Assembly: GCA_011109175.1 (NCBI GenBank)
Contig: RDEW01000058.1
Coordinates: 68,033-132,032 of the forward strand
Length of the DNA stretch: 64,000 bases
Direction: 5' to 3'
From: Dicyema japonicum
Lineage: Eukaryota; Animalia; Dicyemida
In this document: one piece after another, positions 60,713 to 64,000 of the stretch
Position numbering within the stretch: position 1 is the first letter of the stretch
Layout of the letters: every line of letters starts with the position of its first letter
The notes under the pieces: model-generated
Seen by the model: the letters and a program-made list of their open reading frames with translations, nothing else
The model's database searches: none
What the model was told of the DNA's origin: nothing
Made by a program: the position numbers and the translations under genes

Positions 60713-63112
60713 AATTCTCCTACAATAACTATATTAATTATATTATAAATTATTATATAAAATAAAATTTATATTTGGCGAACCTTGTTAATTAAGTTTA
60801 ATTTTAAATATGTTAATTAATGAAGCATTTATTCATTTTGTTAGTGTGTTCACATTCAATTATCACTGGAAGTTGTAGTGATATAAGTGCTCGAAGATAT
60901 ATTCTTGTAGTATTTAAAATTTTTCATATCACAGAGATTGGTATAACTGTGATTACGATGCTAATTATTATACAAAGTACATATCAGGGATATATTCGCT
61001 TAGTGTGCGAAACATAGCTATCCCTTCAGGGGAGAGTTTTGAAATTAGAAAGATGAACGTGATAGATTTGTATTACTGTAATATTCACTTACAGTTTTTG
61101 CAATATTGATTATAGCATCGAAACGATTGTTTCCACTGCTTTTCCGATCATTATAGAATTAATGTATTTTATATTTTAAATCGACAGAAACTTTTTAAAT
61201 TGTCACGGACTAATTTTCAGAGAAAAGGTACATAGAAATCGATTTCGCTACATCATTAACAAGTCTTCAATCTATGTGAGTTTATTATTAATTTATAGTC
61301 TTTTTCGCCGTTCTTCAATAATACAATCATTTACTATTGTAGCCACTAATGTTGTTTGGATGTCTAAGTATTTTTAATGTTAAATTAGTGTCCGTGTATT
61401 TTGTAGTGATGCAACAAACGACCCACAAGCGTATGTAGTATATTTAGCCTAGATATAAACCTGATGGGCAATATATTATTTGGACAGATTTGGTAAATTG
61501 TAGTTGCTTGATATTAATGTAATTAGGACAAAGAACCAATCAGCAGATCCTACTGGTAATTATTATTGTCATTTCAGACTGCAGTTCAATAAGATACTCC
61601 TCAAACAATGTGCTTGGAACGTGCGGATAGTTAATTAATGTTAACATGATTAGGGAATAAATGGATTTAGTTTTAAGATAATATTTTGTCATTATTAAGC
61701 ACTCTCGCCCTATGGCGTAGCATGCGGAACTTGAGAAACTAGTAACTAAGTCATCCTCCTTCACTTGCCCCTCTCATAGGCAAACTCACGTAGTCCTTCA
61801 AAATCGTCTCCCTCCCTTAGCGTCTCCTAATCCCCGTTTATTTGGTTAAATATTTTAACTTAACATTATTATTTATTCAGATTATTTCTATTTAATTTAT
61901 TTATTCATTTTTAAAAATTCATTTCCTCATTGCTCTCAATATTAATCAAATCTGAGAATTTTAAAAGTGCTCTAAAAACACTCAGATTTTAGTGACTTTA
62001 CTTTAAGGCTAACGTAAAGTGTGTTGAGCCTCTTGAACTATCTAAGAACCAACCACTGACACCAATTTTTATGTGAACAAACCTATTTAATAAATGATTA
62101 TCGAATTAATTAATTTTTAAAGAGGTCTTACTTTTCAACAGAATTGAAGAACCTCGTGGTCCTTGAGTTACATTCCCTTACGATAGTTGCTCTACCCCAG
62201 GAGACTCGAATATTTTTCCAGATCTACCTCTCTGTTCTTCTGAACTTTCACTCCTAACCTCGTATGGTTGTTGGGCCCGTCAGTATTAAATGTAGTCAAG
62301 GTTGACAGTCGTGTGAACCAGCCAGATTGAGACAAAGATGTCCCAAATTTAAGGACTAAAGGATCCCTAATCACTGTGATCTTTATTTGATTTAAAGATG
62401 GGAATACTGAATAACTGCTATGCTTGTGGCGTACTCTTTTACGGACTCTTTACTATCCATTATACTTGTTTTTCTATACAAATTTCTTCCTTACACGATT
62501 CATTAGTCCATCGGTCCTCTGCTGTTTTTATTCCCCTTAGCTTGGGCATGATCCTTATCCAGACAGAGAGGACGAATAGTTCTCTGCCTTCCACGAAGTC
62601 TTTACTTCCATTTTGGATGAAAAGACCTCCATAATTAGGCTGCAGGGTGTTATCCCATCAATAAGCCCAAAGTTGCCAGGGAGATTATATCACTTTGCAT
62701 GGGAGTCTGTTATTTATCTTTGCCAGTGGATGCATATGATTTTTTTCAGTTGACGTTTATGATATCCGTCAAATCTCTATAGATATACTCTCAGCATCCC
62801 CCAGTATTATTTATTAACCCCAGGCTTACAATCTACAATTAATGTCCGGAGAACGTCTGTTTGTGCCGATCAGGAGTGATGTATACCCTTTTCATAAGAC
62901 ACGTTGTGGCTGTGCATTGTTGAGAGTTGCACTGGATGCACAGGGTAGCAAATCCCTTTCCATTTTGTCGGATAAGGTCTTCAAGTGATGAAGGTATTAG
63001 TTTTTCTAGTTTCCCGAAATTACTTATAGTAGTGGCTGTTAAGGCCTGAATGTCCCGGATTCTTTGTCTGTTTGTCCAGGACAGATTCCCCATGTCGTAC
63101 AGGCATAGCTGA
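60713..63112. repeat. Inverted copy of 37818-40204
   Basis: Direct sequence comparison. Confidence 0.95.
60820..61630 (+). CDS. Unknown secreted Cys-containing protein, copy 2 (possibly pseudogene)
   Basis: MKHLFILLVCSHSIITGSC..LDWYNCDYDANYYTKY..; same introns as copy 1; indels and one in-frame TAA where copy 1 has GAA. Confidence 0.55.
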
Positions 63113-63124
63113 AGTTAAGTTATA

Positions 63125-64000
63125 TCAGTATTTTCAATGTTAAATTAGTATCCGTGCAATGTGTTTGATGCATTTAAGATCCCAAAAGCGTATGAAGTTA
63201 TATTTAGCTTAGATATAAACCTGAAATGTATTATATTAATATGGACAGATTGGGCAAATTGTAGTTGTTTGATATTAATGTGATTAGGACATTGAACGTA
63301 TCAGCATATCGTACGGGTAATTATTATTGTCAAATCAGAGTGTAGTCCATTAAGAGACTCACAAAATGTGTATGGATTCTGCAGATAGTTAATTAATGAT
63401 AACATGATTAGGAAATAAATGGATTTTTTTAAAGATAATATTTTATCATTATTGAGCACTCTCGCCCTATGGCGTAGCATGTCCTTGCCCCTGTCATAGG
63501 CAAACTCACGTATTCCATCTAGATAGCCGTGGTGATCCACGTTTATTAATTAAATATTTTAACTTAACATTATTATTTATTCAAATTATTTCTATTTAAT
63601 TCATTTATTCATTTTTTATAATTCACTTCCTCATTGCTCTTAATATTAATCAAACCTTTCAAATCTCTATTCCAAGAACACTGTTAAACCGAAAAACAAA
63701 CTGCGACCCTGACAAATTTAATCAGGCACTCAGCTCGTTGGGATCTGGATGATCACGTTGGATCGGGCTCCCTCCGTTATTCCTTCGAATTAGGATCTCC
63801 AAGGGTGTCTGCATCATGTTCTTTATGGGATCATACTCTAGAAAAACAGCACTATCAAAGCTGACGTGATAAGTTTTTTTTTGCACTGTTGAAGAATTAA
63901 TTACTGACACCAATTTTGATGTGATCCAAACTGTTTAAGGGAATAATTATCAAATGAATAAGTTTAATTTCAAAAGGTTTTACTTTTCAACGGAATTGAA
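63125..64000 (+). repeat. More diverged tandem copy of ~61365-62150, including the 3' exons of a third secreted-protein copy (to 63388)
   Basis: Aligns exon by exon (..WTDWANC.., TLNVSAYRTECSPLRDSQNVYGFCR-stop) and through the downstream flank to the window edge. Confidence 0.85.

Overview
Eukaryotic, animal DNA from a compact genome read with the standard genetic code. Genes are broken by very short spliceosomal introns (mostly 21-31 nt, GT-AG, two GC-AG), so the ORF track shows only fragments. Axonemal dynein, an Lhx2/9 homeobox gene and ~23-nt introns together best fit a ciliated, reduced parasite such as a dicyemid mesozoan (inference, not proven). Genes: DNAH6 (443-14888, about 70-75 introns), BAG6, two tandem RPB10/POLR2L paralogues, an ARHGAP20/TAGAP-like RhoGAP, Lhx2/9, PSMD14/Rpn11, an ENPP-type phosphodiesterase, PAK1IP1, and 2-3 copies of an unknown secreted Cys-containing protein amplified by a 2.4-kb inverted and a further tandem duplication. 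The rest is decayed mobile DNA: many CRE-like and R4-like REL retroelement fragments, APE-RT LINEs, tRNA-derived SINEs, a hAT MITE, a hAT-like transposase, a Tigger-like element and a structured ~250-350 nt repeat. Best leads: recurring 70-110 nt near-pure A/T islands that sit both just upstream of start codons and as a distinct long intron class; a structured insert inside a dynein intron; a divergent second RPB10; a repeat family with covarying hairpins; microsporidian-like retroelements. The sequence has many 1-2 nt indels that look like long-read errors, so exon boundaries are approximate. All homology calls are from remembered protein motifs; no searches were run.
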